Assembly: GCA_973895155.1 (NCBI GenBank)
Contig: OZ316893.1
Location: 19,720,857 to 19,784,856, forward strand
Direction of reading: 5' to 3'
From: Marsupella aquatica
Taxonomy: Eukaryota; Plantae; Marchantiophyta
DNA: 64,000 nt
A program made the position numbers and the translations under genes. The notes beneath the pieces were generated by a model that saw only the letters and a program-made list of their open reading frames with translations, did not search any database and was not told where the DNA came from. Each line of letters opens with the position of its first letter. Positions within the stretch are counted from its first letter, which is position 1. Positions 36,389 through 47,829 of the stretch are shown here, piece after piece.

Positions 36389-36994
36389 TGTGGTGTCGAA
36401 GGTTCAGGATCTCTCGAGAAGACCTCGCCTGCTCCGACTAAATCTTGCTACAATTTGCACACAAACTTTAATTTTCTTTGATACAATTGAGCTCGTTCCA
36501 GGGTAGGTAATGCGAGAGCAAACTGACAACGTCCCAGAAATCTCAAAGGCGCAAAGTGGCAAATGGGCCGCCGCGCCATCGACTCGTGCTTTTATGGGGG
36601 CTCTTGGGCGAGCTCGGGTGCGAGGGTGTCAAAGGCCGTTAGCCGCCATCAACTGATTGCAGTTGAATGTCTTGGTCCAAGCATGATCCACTACAACAAA
36701 CTTTTACTCCGCCGCCGCCATCGTACCGTGGACGATCATAATAGTGCACCTCATAATCAGTACTCATTAAGTCAACTAACCTATTCCTATTTTAATCATA
36801 ATTGCAAAAACCACTCTTCATACCATCCTAACTATGCGGATACGGTCCTAATGACTGTATACGTCCTAATCTGACGTTTGAGTCATGTCAAGTGACACGC
36901 TGCCCGTGTCACACCTACAACCAGAACATAAATCAAGACACGTGTTGGTCAAATCACTTAGTTTGTAGATAATAAATAGAGTGTATTTGTTTAT

Positions 36995-38740
36995 GTTGTT
37001 GTGTAAGGAGCCCATTAACTTGACAACGATTTAACACGCAGTAAACCTTTTACTCGACGGGGAGTAAAAACTGGCTACTATCAATTTTGGACAACAACCA
37101 GATGAAAGAGCAATGAGTGTAAGCCTTCAGGAAATGACAAAACAGAAAAGTACAATGAACAAATTTAAGTTGATATAAAGAGTTCATGCCAAGTTAAGAA
37201 TCACTACATGACAAAAGATAAAACAATGACACTCTGAAGTAGATTTAAGTAAAAATCAAGATTCTATTCCTGCATGAAGAGATATCCCACCTAAATTTAA
37301 TACTCGACTTCTCATTCATGGAGTGAAGCACGGTCCAATAGTGCAAGTCAATTAGACACTATATTGTTGTTTCCTCTTGGCCTTTGTAATTCATTGTGTT
37401 GAGCAATGGCCATATCCTCCTGATTTGGTCCTCAGTGGCTTCTCCTGACAATGGGTTTCCGTTGCTCTTCAGCAGGTTCAGGCATTCTCTACCTTCCACC
37501 TGGCATGGGCAGTAAAATTTTGGGTATCTATTGTAGTCAAATACCTCTTTGCAACCCTCCTATGCAGTTTACCCTGGAGCTCTACCAAGCTTTCCAGATT
37601 GTGGTTCAGCAGGGCTTAAGTTCTTTGGCTTTTTGGTCTCTTGGGCTATTGTTCTTTCTGTTGTTTTCTCCTTTATTGGGGTTGTTGCCTTTGGGATCCT
37701 GTCTCCTCGTAAGCCGCTATTTGTTTTTTAATTTCTGGTGAAATCTATGTTATAAAAAAAACTGTGAAACAGAAGAGAAAAGTTTACAGGCTCTTGAGTA
37801 AAGTGATCGAAGCCACCCAAGTGTAGTGCTAAAACATTAATCCTAGAATATATACTCAACTATGTGTATTGAGGACACGCACAAAACCAAACACAAAGAC
37901 AAATACTATCTGACAACATAAAAATAGTCACTCTTCAAATTGGTAAACCTCCTTAGCCTTTGACAAGTCAAGCTTGATTTGGAATGTTTGCATGAATTCT
38001 GGGACTAAGTACCGTTTTGACAGTTTTCTCACAAGAAGAAATGCGCTAAAGTCCCTAAAATAAATTCATGAGGAGTGAAGCTAGGAAAAAGTAAAAGGCA
38101 AATGTGCTTAGATCAACACAAAGAGAAAGACTATTTGCTCACCTAAGTGAGCTATTTCAATTGATGGTATGGTACATATACATAAAGACCCCAAACATAG
38201 TTTACAAAGAGATTGATGGAGGAGAGTGGACTAGGTCGCTCAGTAGAGTGGTAGAAGAGAGACTTTAAGATATATTTTTTAGTTTGAGAGCTTGTAAGGT
38301 AATTCTTCCTGTATAAACGGGTACGTAAAAGTGTTTGGTCGGTGGGCACCAGCATTTTTCTACGTGGCAGAAATTAGCTTTTGTGTCAGATTAGCCAGTT
38401 TCTTGTCTAGTCCCATAAACCCAATTCCCATCTTGTCACAGGTCTAATCAGAATCTGATGGCTATCGTTAGATCTAGGGAGATGTAGGTAGCATAAATCT
38501 AGGGAGATCTACATTAGGTAGAAAAGTAACGTCTGAAAATTAGAAAGAAATACTCTTAGCATCTTCTCCTCCCAAGGTAAGATTGCCACCTGGAGTAAAA
38601 CGAAGAAACATTGAAACTACCGTGGTGGGCACCCCTAATCTAAAGTTGTGATACATCCAAGCATCAATCATTTCATCAAGTTTCCAAATGGCAGAGCACG
38701 TTCATGAATTCCTAGTTTCCTACTGCGTGACACGTTCACT
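36995..38740 (-). mobile_element. Possible Copia-type LTR remnant interrupted by the CRE-like fragment
   Basis: Starts TGTTG. Contains the hairpin TTTTACTC...GAGTAAAA (~37048-37070) reminiscent of Copia LTR ends and a minus-strand TATA-like motif near 38310. Ends are not resolved. Confidence 0.25.
37440..37761 (+). mobile_element. 5'-truncated copy of the same CRE-like element (3' end plus A-tail)
   Basis: VSVALQQ resembles RVSLALQR. CCTATGCAGTTTACCCTGGAGCTCTACCAAGCT (~37559) matches CCAATGCACTTCACCCCAGAGCTCTACCAGGCT (~42205). A T-rich UTR ends in an A-run at ~37755-37761. Confidence 0.6.
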
Positions 38741-39204
38741 AATTGGTACAGCCGAAATTCTATTTATAATTATTATTACTGTCAGATGCGATACGGTACA
38801 AAGATTCCAGATATGGTCGCTCTGGTAGTCTGGTCGATGATTCGTTGGGACTAGGGTAGCTTTGGGACTCTGGTCCATGATTCGATATAAGAATAGCATC
38901 AATGTCTGATCACCTGATCCGGCTGGCAGACAGGTGGCAACTGGCAACAGCAGCTACATCATTCTACAACGAGGGAGAGTGAGAATCTAAAACATTGGTT
39001 GTTGTTTTACGTTTCGTAAAATCTCGTCTTCATTGGCTTGCCCCTTGAGAGGAACCATTAGGCATATGGCAGCCCTGGAAAAAATTAGCATTTGGGAACC
39101 CTTTGACAAAAACAAATCTGGATTGTTCACGTGATTCTAGTCTTGTTTTGCTATGAAATGAAAAGGTTGGGACTAAAGTTTCCTGCCCTAGCCTCAACAG
39201 CCAG

Positions 39205-39302
39205 CAAGTTGCCTGCCCTTGCCCTTGGGATTCCACAAATATTGCCCTCAAGCAAGTTTCCTGCCCTTGCCCTTGGGATTCCACAAATATTGCCCTCAAG
39301 CC
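39205..39302. repeat. ~49-bp tandem duplication
   Basis: CCTGCCCTTGCCCTTGGGATTCCACAAATATTGCCCTCAAGC occurs twice. Confidence 0.85.
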
Positions 39303-40639
39303 TGGCACAAGAGGGGTTCAGGCATCTGTGAGCCATATATCAGTGAGCGTATATCAGTGAGCTACCATATTCTTGAGGATCCTCTATGTGTGAGTTGCGC
39401 CTTAGGGACTCTCAAAGTTCCCAGTTAGTGATGGGGCTTTTGGGTATAAACAAATGGCCATAGCTCTTTCACAGGTTTATGTAAACTTCTTTTTTTTCAC
39501 TAGTATCAGTGACTTATGGCCATGACATATGACCAACCTTTATGGCAAAACCTAATGGATTATGAACATGGTACTACATAACTTTTTCTGTCCCTAACCT
39601 TCACTACTAGGTTAAGGTCCATCACATTTTAGGCTTGAGACCCACAAGTAGGGCATCCAAGAAGCACGTGACAGGAGTTAATATCACTCGAGAGTTACGG
39701 GAGTCTCAATAGAAGTTGTGGGAGCCACAATTGGACTCTATAAGGAAGTCGGTGGCTTAACATTTAACAAGTAACCCTAACCACAATGCATTAATTTTGG
39801 CATGAGTTGAAAGGCACCTAAGCTTTGAGCCTGAACTGGTTCTCCTAAAAGCATTGGGGTTGATGGCAGAGAAGGAAACAGTACATAATTGAGACATAGG
39901 TTAGGGAGGCAGTCTCATGGGGTGGGTCAATGTTGCCTCCCCTTTTTCTAAAAATTCTGCTATTAACTCAGTCCTGTAACCAGAGATACAAGATTAACCT
40001 TGAATCCGTAACTCGATCCGGCTTGCGGCTGAGTTCTGAGAGGCCCTATTAAAGCATCACACTATTGCCATGGTCTATTTTCTACCCATTATTTGCTTCA
40101 TAATTTGCATTTGCCTTCTTCTTTTTGTTCTGGAAAATGCACATGAAAATATGGTTGCATATGGTGTAATGTGTCATGTGTCCACAGGTTAGGCTAATTC
40201 TTCATATTGTGATAAACTCTGGTAGATTTCTATTATATTCCAAGGTAAACCCAATTGTTCTTTATATCAGCCACTATTGTAACCTGGGGGTTGTTTTCTG
40301 ATGTGCAAATCACTTTTGTTTTTTCTAGTTAGAGGGAGATGTTTTTGGATGTGTAGATCTTCTTTTGTGTTTCACAAGCCTGAATGCCCATTCTTTGAAT
40401 ATTAGCAAAAATAATTACATTCTTTGAATGTTAGCCAAAATGATTACTAAAATCATAATGCATGATCATCATTTTTGATATGCATAATATTTCCAACCTT
40501 CTTTCCATTCACAAATATTTTGGTGTGGCTCTAGAGTCAAACTCTAGAAGTTTCACTCTAGATTTTACTCTAGAAATGTAGACCTAAACTCTAGATTCTA
40601 ATAGCAATAAATTATACAAATGTTTGTTCTCTTCTGAAC

Positions 40640-42530
40640 CTCTTACTCCCCCATTGGGTTTTGGTCCTCACCGGCCCCTCTGGCAGGGCGGGGGGAGGCG
40701 CCTGGCCATCGGGGGACCATCACCCTACTTCAGTCTTTGTTGTTTGGGGACTGGGCCCAACTTCAGGAGGAGTACTACCACCATTTGGTAGCGCTTGCCA
40801 CACAGTCGTCCGAAGCGACCGGGGAATCACTGGTCCCTTCCATGCAGCAGCGTTGTTGCCGGTGCCTTGTACTGGGGCAGGCTAGGGAGTTCTCCAAGGA
40901 AATGCGCTCCCTGGCCTTGCTCTCCCTGGTTCCATCTTCCATGGAGACCCTTGCTCACTTGCAAGCGCTCCATCCTTCGGCGATGGTAGAGGTTCCGGAT
41001 TTTGTTGGGAGTTTTGTTCTTGAAACTCAGTTCTCCCTTTCTCGTAAGGTCTTTTTGTCTGCCTTCCTCCATTTACCTTGGCTCTCGGCGGGGGGTGTGT
41101 GGGATGAGGTTTGAGCATCTGCAAAATTGCTTCTCCCCCAATGACTATTCGTCTGGATTTACTCAGTTGTTCCAGGTTTGTGCCCATGTGATGGCTGGTC
41201 GTCTTCCCCCTGTCGTGGCTCGGCTCTTGGGGTCTCAACTTTTGGCCATGGCCAAGGAGGCAGGCAGTGTTCGGCCACTTGCCATTGGAGAAGTTCCGTA
41301 TTGGATGGTCAGTGTGTTTGTCTGTAGTTGCAAGCCCCGTTTGCATCACAATTTTTCCCACATCAGTTTGGGGTGGCCATCCCAGGTGGTTGCAAGAGCG
41401 TGGTGCATGACATACCTTTTGTTTTGGATATCTGCCCTGATTGGGCGGTTATTCAGGTAGATGTGGCCAATACGATCAATGTTTTCTATTGGCGGGCCAT
41501 GTTTGAGGAGCTTTGGGATGCAGGAGGAGAGATTGCATTTGTCATTCCGGGCTTCTTCGACCACTTTTCTGGGGTTGCTTATTTCCGTCAGTGGCCGACG
41601 ACACTCACATTGTGGCACTGATCCTTGTTTTGGGGGATGGTTACATCCACTTCCTTGACCAGCTGGCCCTCCTAGGCTTGTCTGTTCAGCCCAGGAAGTG
41701 TGCATTCTGGTCCCCGAGTCCACTTTTCTCCCCCGCTTGGACATACCTATTCGGACCGATGACATCAGGGTTCTTGGAGTGCCCTTAGGTGGACCTCATC
41801 TTTTCGCGTGCTGGAGTTCAGGCCCTCGGGGATGTGGTTGTTACTGACCCTACCAGTGGGGCCAACGTTGACATGGCAGGTCATGTCCCAAGTCATGCAG
41901 CTGCTAGGGCTGCATGTATGAAGGAGGAGGCCTATGCTATTTGGGACCCTGATAATCCCTTCTACGCCTTTTCCATTGAGGTTTTTGGGGTGCTTCACCT
42001 GGACTTTGACTGCTTCTTATGATCTTGTGCGGTTCTTTATGTTGAGCGGAGGCCTTATTCACCACGACATCATAGCCTTTGTCCAACAGAGAGTGTCACT
42101 TGCACTCCAACGCGGACATTCACTATTTTCCGTAAGGGTGAGATAGTTGGTGCTAGGGCATCTAGTCAGGCCGATCTTAGACCCCCCCACCCCCCCCCCC
42201 CCCCCAATGCACTTCACCCCAGAGCTCTACCAGGCTATCAGGCTATGCAATTTGCCCCCCCTATGCACTTCACCGAGAGCTCTACGAGGCTATCAGGCCA
42301 TGCAATTTGCTGGTAGGGTCTGAAAGGTGGGCCTTCTCCTTAATTGGGCCTTTTGCAGGTGGCTAGACTCTCCTTAATTGGGCCTTTTGCCTGTGGGACC
42401 CTGCCTCCTCTTGGGCGCCTCTTGTTCTGCTGTGTGATATAATTATGTTTATCTACTTGTACTCTATTGTACGTTTGTACTTTTGCTTGGCCCTTTGTAG
42501 TAAATTTGTCCTTTTAACTTTTGTTCAACT
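40640..42530 (+). mobile_element. CRE-like non-LTR retrotransposon relic (RT plus C-terminal restriction-like endonuclease), internally deleted
   Basis: Frameshifted RT motifs: SAGGVCGMRFEHL, LLAMAKEAGSVRPLAIGEV, QFGVAIPGGCKSVVH, QVDVANTIN, VADDTHIV, LGLSVQPRKC, VLGVPLG. RLE motifs: VDLIF...DVVVTDP...AARAACMKEEAY...FYAFSIEVFG...QRVSLALQRG. The 3' UTR has poly-C and short direct repeats. Ends are approximate. Confidence 0.8.
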
Positions 42531-43543
42531 GTTCAAGTGAACGAAAAAGGAAATCATTGGCGTTGTTTGGGGATCAGAAGAAGCGAAGTAGCATAGGCAG
42601 TAGGCAGGCAGGATTCCAGGAAGGACACATTGCAAGCTAAGGGATGGCTGACTGATGATTCTTCGAAAGCTCCAATATCGTGCTCCACGTGGCCTCGAGC
42701 TGCCAAAAGGCCTTTCACTCACTTCCCAGCTTCGATCGAGCTCAGTAGTGGCAAGATGAGATTGGAATCGTCGAGGGCGGAAGGATTGAAGGATTGAAGG
42801 ACTGAGCGACTGAGTGGCCTGAGAGACGAGTCAAACCTTCGGTCTTGTTTGTCTCGTTTGGAGTTCTGCAGTCGTTAATGTTTCTTTCTGCCTCTCGTTC
42901 TGCTGAAGCGCTTGCGGCACCACCGAGTACTGTTGTTGAGGAATTTTTTTTGTCATGAGCAGCAGCAGCAGCAGCAGCAGCAGCACCTGAGCCGCAGCAT
43001 CGGCAGTGGCAGCCACGTCAATTCATTTATCCGCAAGGAAACGGATCGGTTTTGTGCTTCGCGGGCTGGATCTATCCATAGGCAGGAAGGCACTTGGCAG
43101 GGCAGTAGTAAGTGGTCCAGCAGGTAGGGAAAGGAAGGGCATCGAGTGTCGAGAAGGGAGGAACTGTGCACGAAGGCTTCCTCTCTGCGGTAGGGAACTA
43201 TCATGGAAGTCACTTGTCTGTAACTCGTATTACCGTCACAGGGGAGGATCGTGGACAATTTCTCTATCGCGTGGTCTATGTCTTCTGGTGTTTGGAGCCG
43301 GAGAGGAAAGTGCTTTGAGGCCATCGGTGGAGGCCCGCTTTAAGGGTTCTTGCAGACACAACGGACACCGGAGTGAGTACATTATTGAGTGTAGATTCCA
43401 GCTGGTCGTGGAGAATTCTATATCTCGAAGGACACAAACGGGAGCGCAGCACGGAGGAGGTTTAGGAGGAGGAGGCAGTGCTTACCTTGGTGGCCAAAAG
43501 AGCTGGGCATCGTACGGACTTCTGAGAAAATTTAGGAGTCGCC

Positions 43544-45648
43544 ATGGAGGACGCGACAAAGTACAGAATTCTTGTTGCTATTTGCCTTCTCTCCTTGCTC
43601 GCTTTGGTCGTACCAGTAAAGAAATAGCATGTGCATAGCACTGACGAATGTTTTTTTCGGGAGATTGATTGAAAATTGTGCTCCTGCGTGGATGTTTGCA
43701 GTAGGTTGCAGCGGATGATTACGATCGAGCCGAGACAGGGGTACTTGCGACTTCACTCTTGACTCGTGGCCGGATGGATCTCTCGTGATTCGCTGTGTTG
43801 TTTGGGTGATCGACAGTGAGATTTTTGGTGTGATTCGTCAAGTAGAAGTTGTTGATCGGTAGATTGATTGGAAATTCGAGAATGTTCTCGTCCAGAACTT
43901 TTGGCTACGAGATTCTAGCCAAATCTTTACATCATTTGGTGTGTACTTTGCAGCATGTGGAGAAGGTTAATGTCGTAATTGGTTTCCTTCGTGTGAAAAT
44001 CTGGCTATTGATTGGCTACTCGGGGCTGGTATATGTGCTGTGCTTGTCCGGAGCTTCCCTCATAGACATCCTCAGGGCAAGTAGTGATGATTTTGGCCAT
44101 GCAGGTGGTGGTCGAAGGACACGATTGCGGTAGTGACGGGAAGCAACAAAGGCGTGGGATTCGAAACAGCCCGACAGCTTGCCAAGCACGGACTGACCGT
44201 AATAGTAGCTGCCAGGCATGAAGATAGAGGTCAAAATGCTGCGGATGCGCTGAGAGCCAGAGGCTATTCGATTTTTTTCCATCAACTTGACGTGACCGAC
44301 GATGAATCTATTCAGACATTTGGGGACTGGATCCGGAGAGATTTTGGTGGGATCAATATTTTGGTGCGTTTTGTCTCTGGCTTCAGTCCTACTTTCTTCC
44401 AGGTCCTGCACACAGTCTCTCTGAATTGTGTAGCTGGGTAGGTATTCGGAATGGTGGCATCCACATGAGACTTAGTGTTGTTATCCTCATAGCTCCGAAG
44501 GATGTCCTTGAAACCCTAATGTTTACTTTCAATGATTCATGGCGTGATATTCTGCGAGCTCATTCTCTTACTGTGGTTACTTGATTCTCTAAGTAGTGGA
44601 AGTTCTTTACCAGCACTAGTGTCTTTGCAAAATTCATTCTGTCCGTAAAGAGTAATCATTATGTATTTAATAGCGCTCTTAAGAGGTTTCCTGTCGAACT
44701 TCGACCTTCGTAAGAGACTGTAACTGACAGATCCTCGTGCATGACATGAATTGAGCTGTCGGATTGCCACCTGTGAAATTTGTCTTGCTCATAACGTCAA
44801 CTGTACTGGCAGGTTAACAATGCGGGAATTAAAAAGAATGATGTGAATTTTGAAAATGCGAGAGACGTCATTGCTACGAACTATGTAGCTGCAAAGAAAG
44901 TAATATCAGCATTGTTTCCTCTGTTGAGAACCTCATCTCCTCATGGTGCACGGATCATAAACCTCAGCTCACAACTGGGTGCACAGAAAGTAATTTCTCA
45001 TTTCACACCCTTGTCACTGCGTTTTTCGTATGTAGACTAGTAGTGTTATGTTTTCGTTGTGTAGCTTAATAGAATGGATGGAAGTGATCCGTGGCAGCCA
45101 ACTAATGGTTAACCTCTAGTTGTGCGAATAGTTGTGTGATTTAATTGGGTTTGCTCGTGCCGATATTGCTCAGTAAGAGTAACTATGAACTGGACGTAAT
45201 TGACACTAAGTTGTCGTGTTTCTCTCTGTATGGTCAGTATCTAAAGAGCGAGGCTTTGAGGAAGCAATTATCTGACATAGATCATCTCAGCGAGAAATCT
45301 ATCGACTCCCTTGCAGCTCAGTTTCTGGAGGATGTGAGAATGGGTAAATTTAGAACGGCAAGCTGGGAATGGTCAACACAGCACATTCAATATACGGAAT
45401 CGAAGATTTTCCTGAATGCTTACACGAGAGTCCTAGCCAAATTACTGGCAAAAGACGGACCAGAGAACCAGAAGGTTTTCGTGAATTCTGCTTCACCTGG
45501 CTACACCCAGTCCGATATGACGAGGCACTCAGAGGATGCTCAGCCGGTGCAGAAAGGTGCTGATACACCTGTGTGGCTTGCTCTATTACCCAGGGAAGGT
45601 TATCCTAATGGAAAATTTTTCGCAAAGAGAGCTCAGGTGGAATTCTGA
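43544..45648 (+). CDS. Short-chain dehydrogenase/reductase, carbonyl reductase / (+)-neomenthol dehydrogenase-like, ~287 aa, 4 exons
   Basis: Exons 43544-43560, 44105-44363, 44813-44989 and 45238-45648 give MEDATKWWSKDTIAVVTGSNKGVG (TGxxxGxG), LDVTD, VNNAGI, NLSS, catalytic YTESK (YxxxK), PGYTQSDMT and GADTPVWLAL. The short first exon is the least certain part. Confidence 0.93.
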
Positions 45649-46289
45649 GCGGTAGTGGAGCTAATGCGGCTTTGACCTAGCTCTCCTCTGAAGCTCTAAG
45701 TGAGATTCTAGATAGGTGGTTGTTAATATGAAAATGTGCATAATAGTTGGAGGAGAGGCAGGCTTCGTCTTATTCTGTTGTGGAAAATGTGTACATAGTG
45801 GGCCGAGGCTTGAGACGGGTTTCTTGACATGGATGCGCGAAGAGCTTGACAAGGCTGGCAAAACTGTCAGCAACCAGCCTGTGTATTGGAAATTGTAGTC
45901 CCCATCCTCTACTGCCGTATCTCAAGTCATGTAACAGGACTTCCATTTTTGGAGCACCAGCATTGTGAAGATAGGAGATGATTGCATGGGAAGTTTTTAT
46001 ATGTACTTTTGTACTTTGCAAATAAAGTTAATGAAACCTGAGAATTTGAAATTGGAGTTGTCTTGATCCCCTGACTAAAGAGCAAGGTGATTGTCAGCCA
46101 GCTATTCTTGACATGCCAAATGTTTCTCAAGCTCGTTCAAATTGTAATGATGGCAATACGACCTCTGGGTACCACGGCCATGTACATACAGTCAGGGGCA
46201 TTCGGATCACACCTCTGAGATGGCATGAAGATGCTGACTGTTTCTCAGGCTTTAGGAATGCAATGGATATAATGGCCCAAAATGTGAGC

Positions 46290-47146
46290 TTTGGTCCAAG
46301 TTTGAGGAGCTATGATAGCCCACAGTGCTAATATTGTGCATAGTTAGAGGGCATTGTGGGATATGATGCCCTAAGGATTGGACTTTAGCCCAAGTTTGAG
46401 TAAACATTAGAGCCCACCGGGCATAATATTGTGCATCTAAAGGTTTTGAATAGGGTACTGCCTTACTTAGAGGCATTGTGGGATATAATGCCTAAGGATT
46501 GGACTTCAGCCCAAGTTTGAGGAGACATTATAGCCCGCTGTGCATAATATTGTGCATCTAAAGTTTTAGAATAGGGTACTGCCTTAGTTAGAGGGCATTG
46601 TTGGATATAATGCCCTAAGGATTGGACTTTAGCCCAAGTTTGAGGAGACATTATAGCCCACTGTGCATAATATTATGCATCTAAAGTTTTAGAATAGGGC
46701 AATGCCCTAGTTAGAGGGCATTGTGGAATATAATGCCCTAAGGAGTGGACTTTAGCCCAAGTTTGAGGAGACATTACAGACCACTGTGCATAATATTGTG
46801 CACAGGAAGTTTTTGAATAGGGTACGCCCTAGTTAAAGGGAATTGTGGAGTGCCCTAAGAAGTGGACTTAGCCCAAGTTAGAGGAGACATTATAGCCCAC
46901 TGTGCATAATATTGTGCATAGGAAGTTTTGAATAGGGTACGGCCTAGGTAAAGGGCATTGTGGGATATAGTGCCCTAAGGAGTGGACTTTAGCCATAGTT
47001 TGAGTAAACATTAGAGCCCACTGTGCATAATATTTGAATAGGGTACTCCCTAGTTAGAGGGCATTGTTGGATATAATGCCCCAAGAAGTGGACTTTAGCC
47101 CAAGTTTAAGGAGACATTATAGCCCATTGTGCATAATGTTGTGTAT
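46290..47146. repeat. Tandem array of ~122-bp units, about 7 copies, each with several internal hairpins
   Basis: Unit ~TTATAGCCCACTGTGCATAATATTGTGCATCTAAAGTTTTAGAATAGGGTACTGCCTTAGTTAGAGGGCATTGTTGGATATAATGCCCTAAGGATTGGACTTTAGCCCAAGTTTGAGGAGACA, repeated head-to-tail with substitutions and two internally deleted copies. Confidence 0.95.
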
Positions 47147-47829
47147 CCCTTAAATCATGGTCATGCAAATAGTGTAAAGAAAGAAGAAGAAGTTAAAATG
47201 CAGGAAAGAAACAGGAGTGAAATCCGTGACATTCAGGTCATGCAATAGTGTGCAAAGAACGAAGTAAGAATCCCAGAATCTTAGGCCATGCAAATTTGCT
47301 GGCAAAGTTGTGTGTTGTGGTTTTTTTCTTTCTCTATGATAAAACTTGTGTACTTTGAGTTACATATGTCTTGATTGATGTGTCATTGCATAATCCTCTC
47401 TTAAATGCCTTAAAAATACAAAGCCAAAACTCCCTACAGTCTTCAAGTTTCACTTCTTTTAGTTCGAGTCAATGAGATTTGATGGGCCAAAAACCCACTT
47501 AAATGTATACCACCTCTCAAGGCGTACTAGTACTGGTATTTTGGATGGGGCTGAGGCTCATGCACACTACTTATTTAAAAGAGCCCATGGATATTTTCAC
47601 ATTGGGAGAATGCTAGTTCACATTTCCATGAGAGAGTCAATAAGGAAAGTGAGCAAAATGTCCATGCCTTTGACTCTTGGGTGATTTCATATGGTTGTGT
47701 AGTGTAACATTGAAGTCCTTTGGCTCTCTTGACTAATGTTAAATCCCTTCACAACGTTTTTTCTTGCGAGTTCTGTACATAGTATAGCATGTTCATCATG
47801 TAACATATCTACAGTGATTTGTTATATTG

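Larger units (their letters stand above)
32720..36913 (-). mobile_element. LTR-retrotransposon-derived element (probable solo LTR, 4194 bp) carrying a decayed ORF
   Basis: Begins TGT (32720) and ends ACA (36913), flanked by an identical 5-bp TSD CCTAC (32715-32719, 36914-36918). It is GC-richer than its flanks. I found no internal direct repeat of either end and no gag/pol motifs. Confidence 0.8.

Noticed and set aside
42652-42705. CTGATGA..GAAA minimal hammerhead candidate
   Set aside because: No stem II closing pair (TTCTTC), the cleavage triplet would end in G, and there is no stem I.
43006-43638. 210-aa ORF upstream of the SDR
   Set aside because: Non-ATG start, no recognisable domain, and it overlaps the leader and first exon/intron of the SDR gene.
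46290-47146. CRISPR-like array of palindromic repeats
   Set aside because: Units repeat in full with no unique spacers, no cas genes are present, and the context is eukaryotic.
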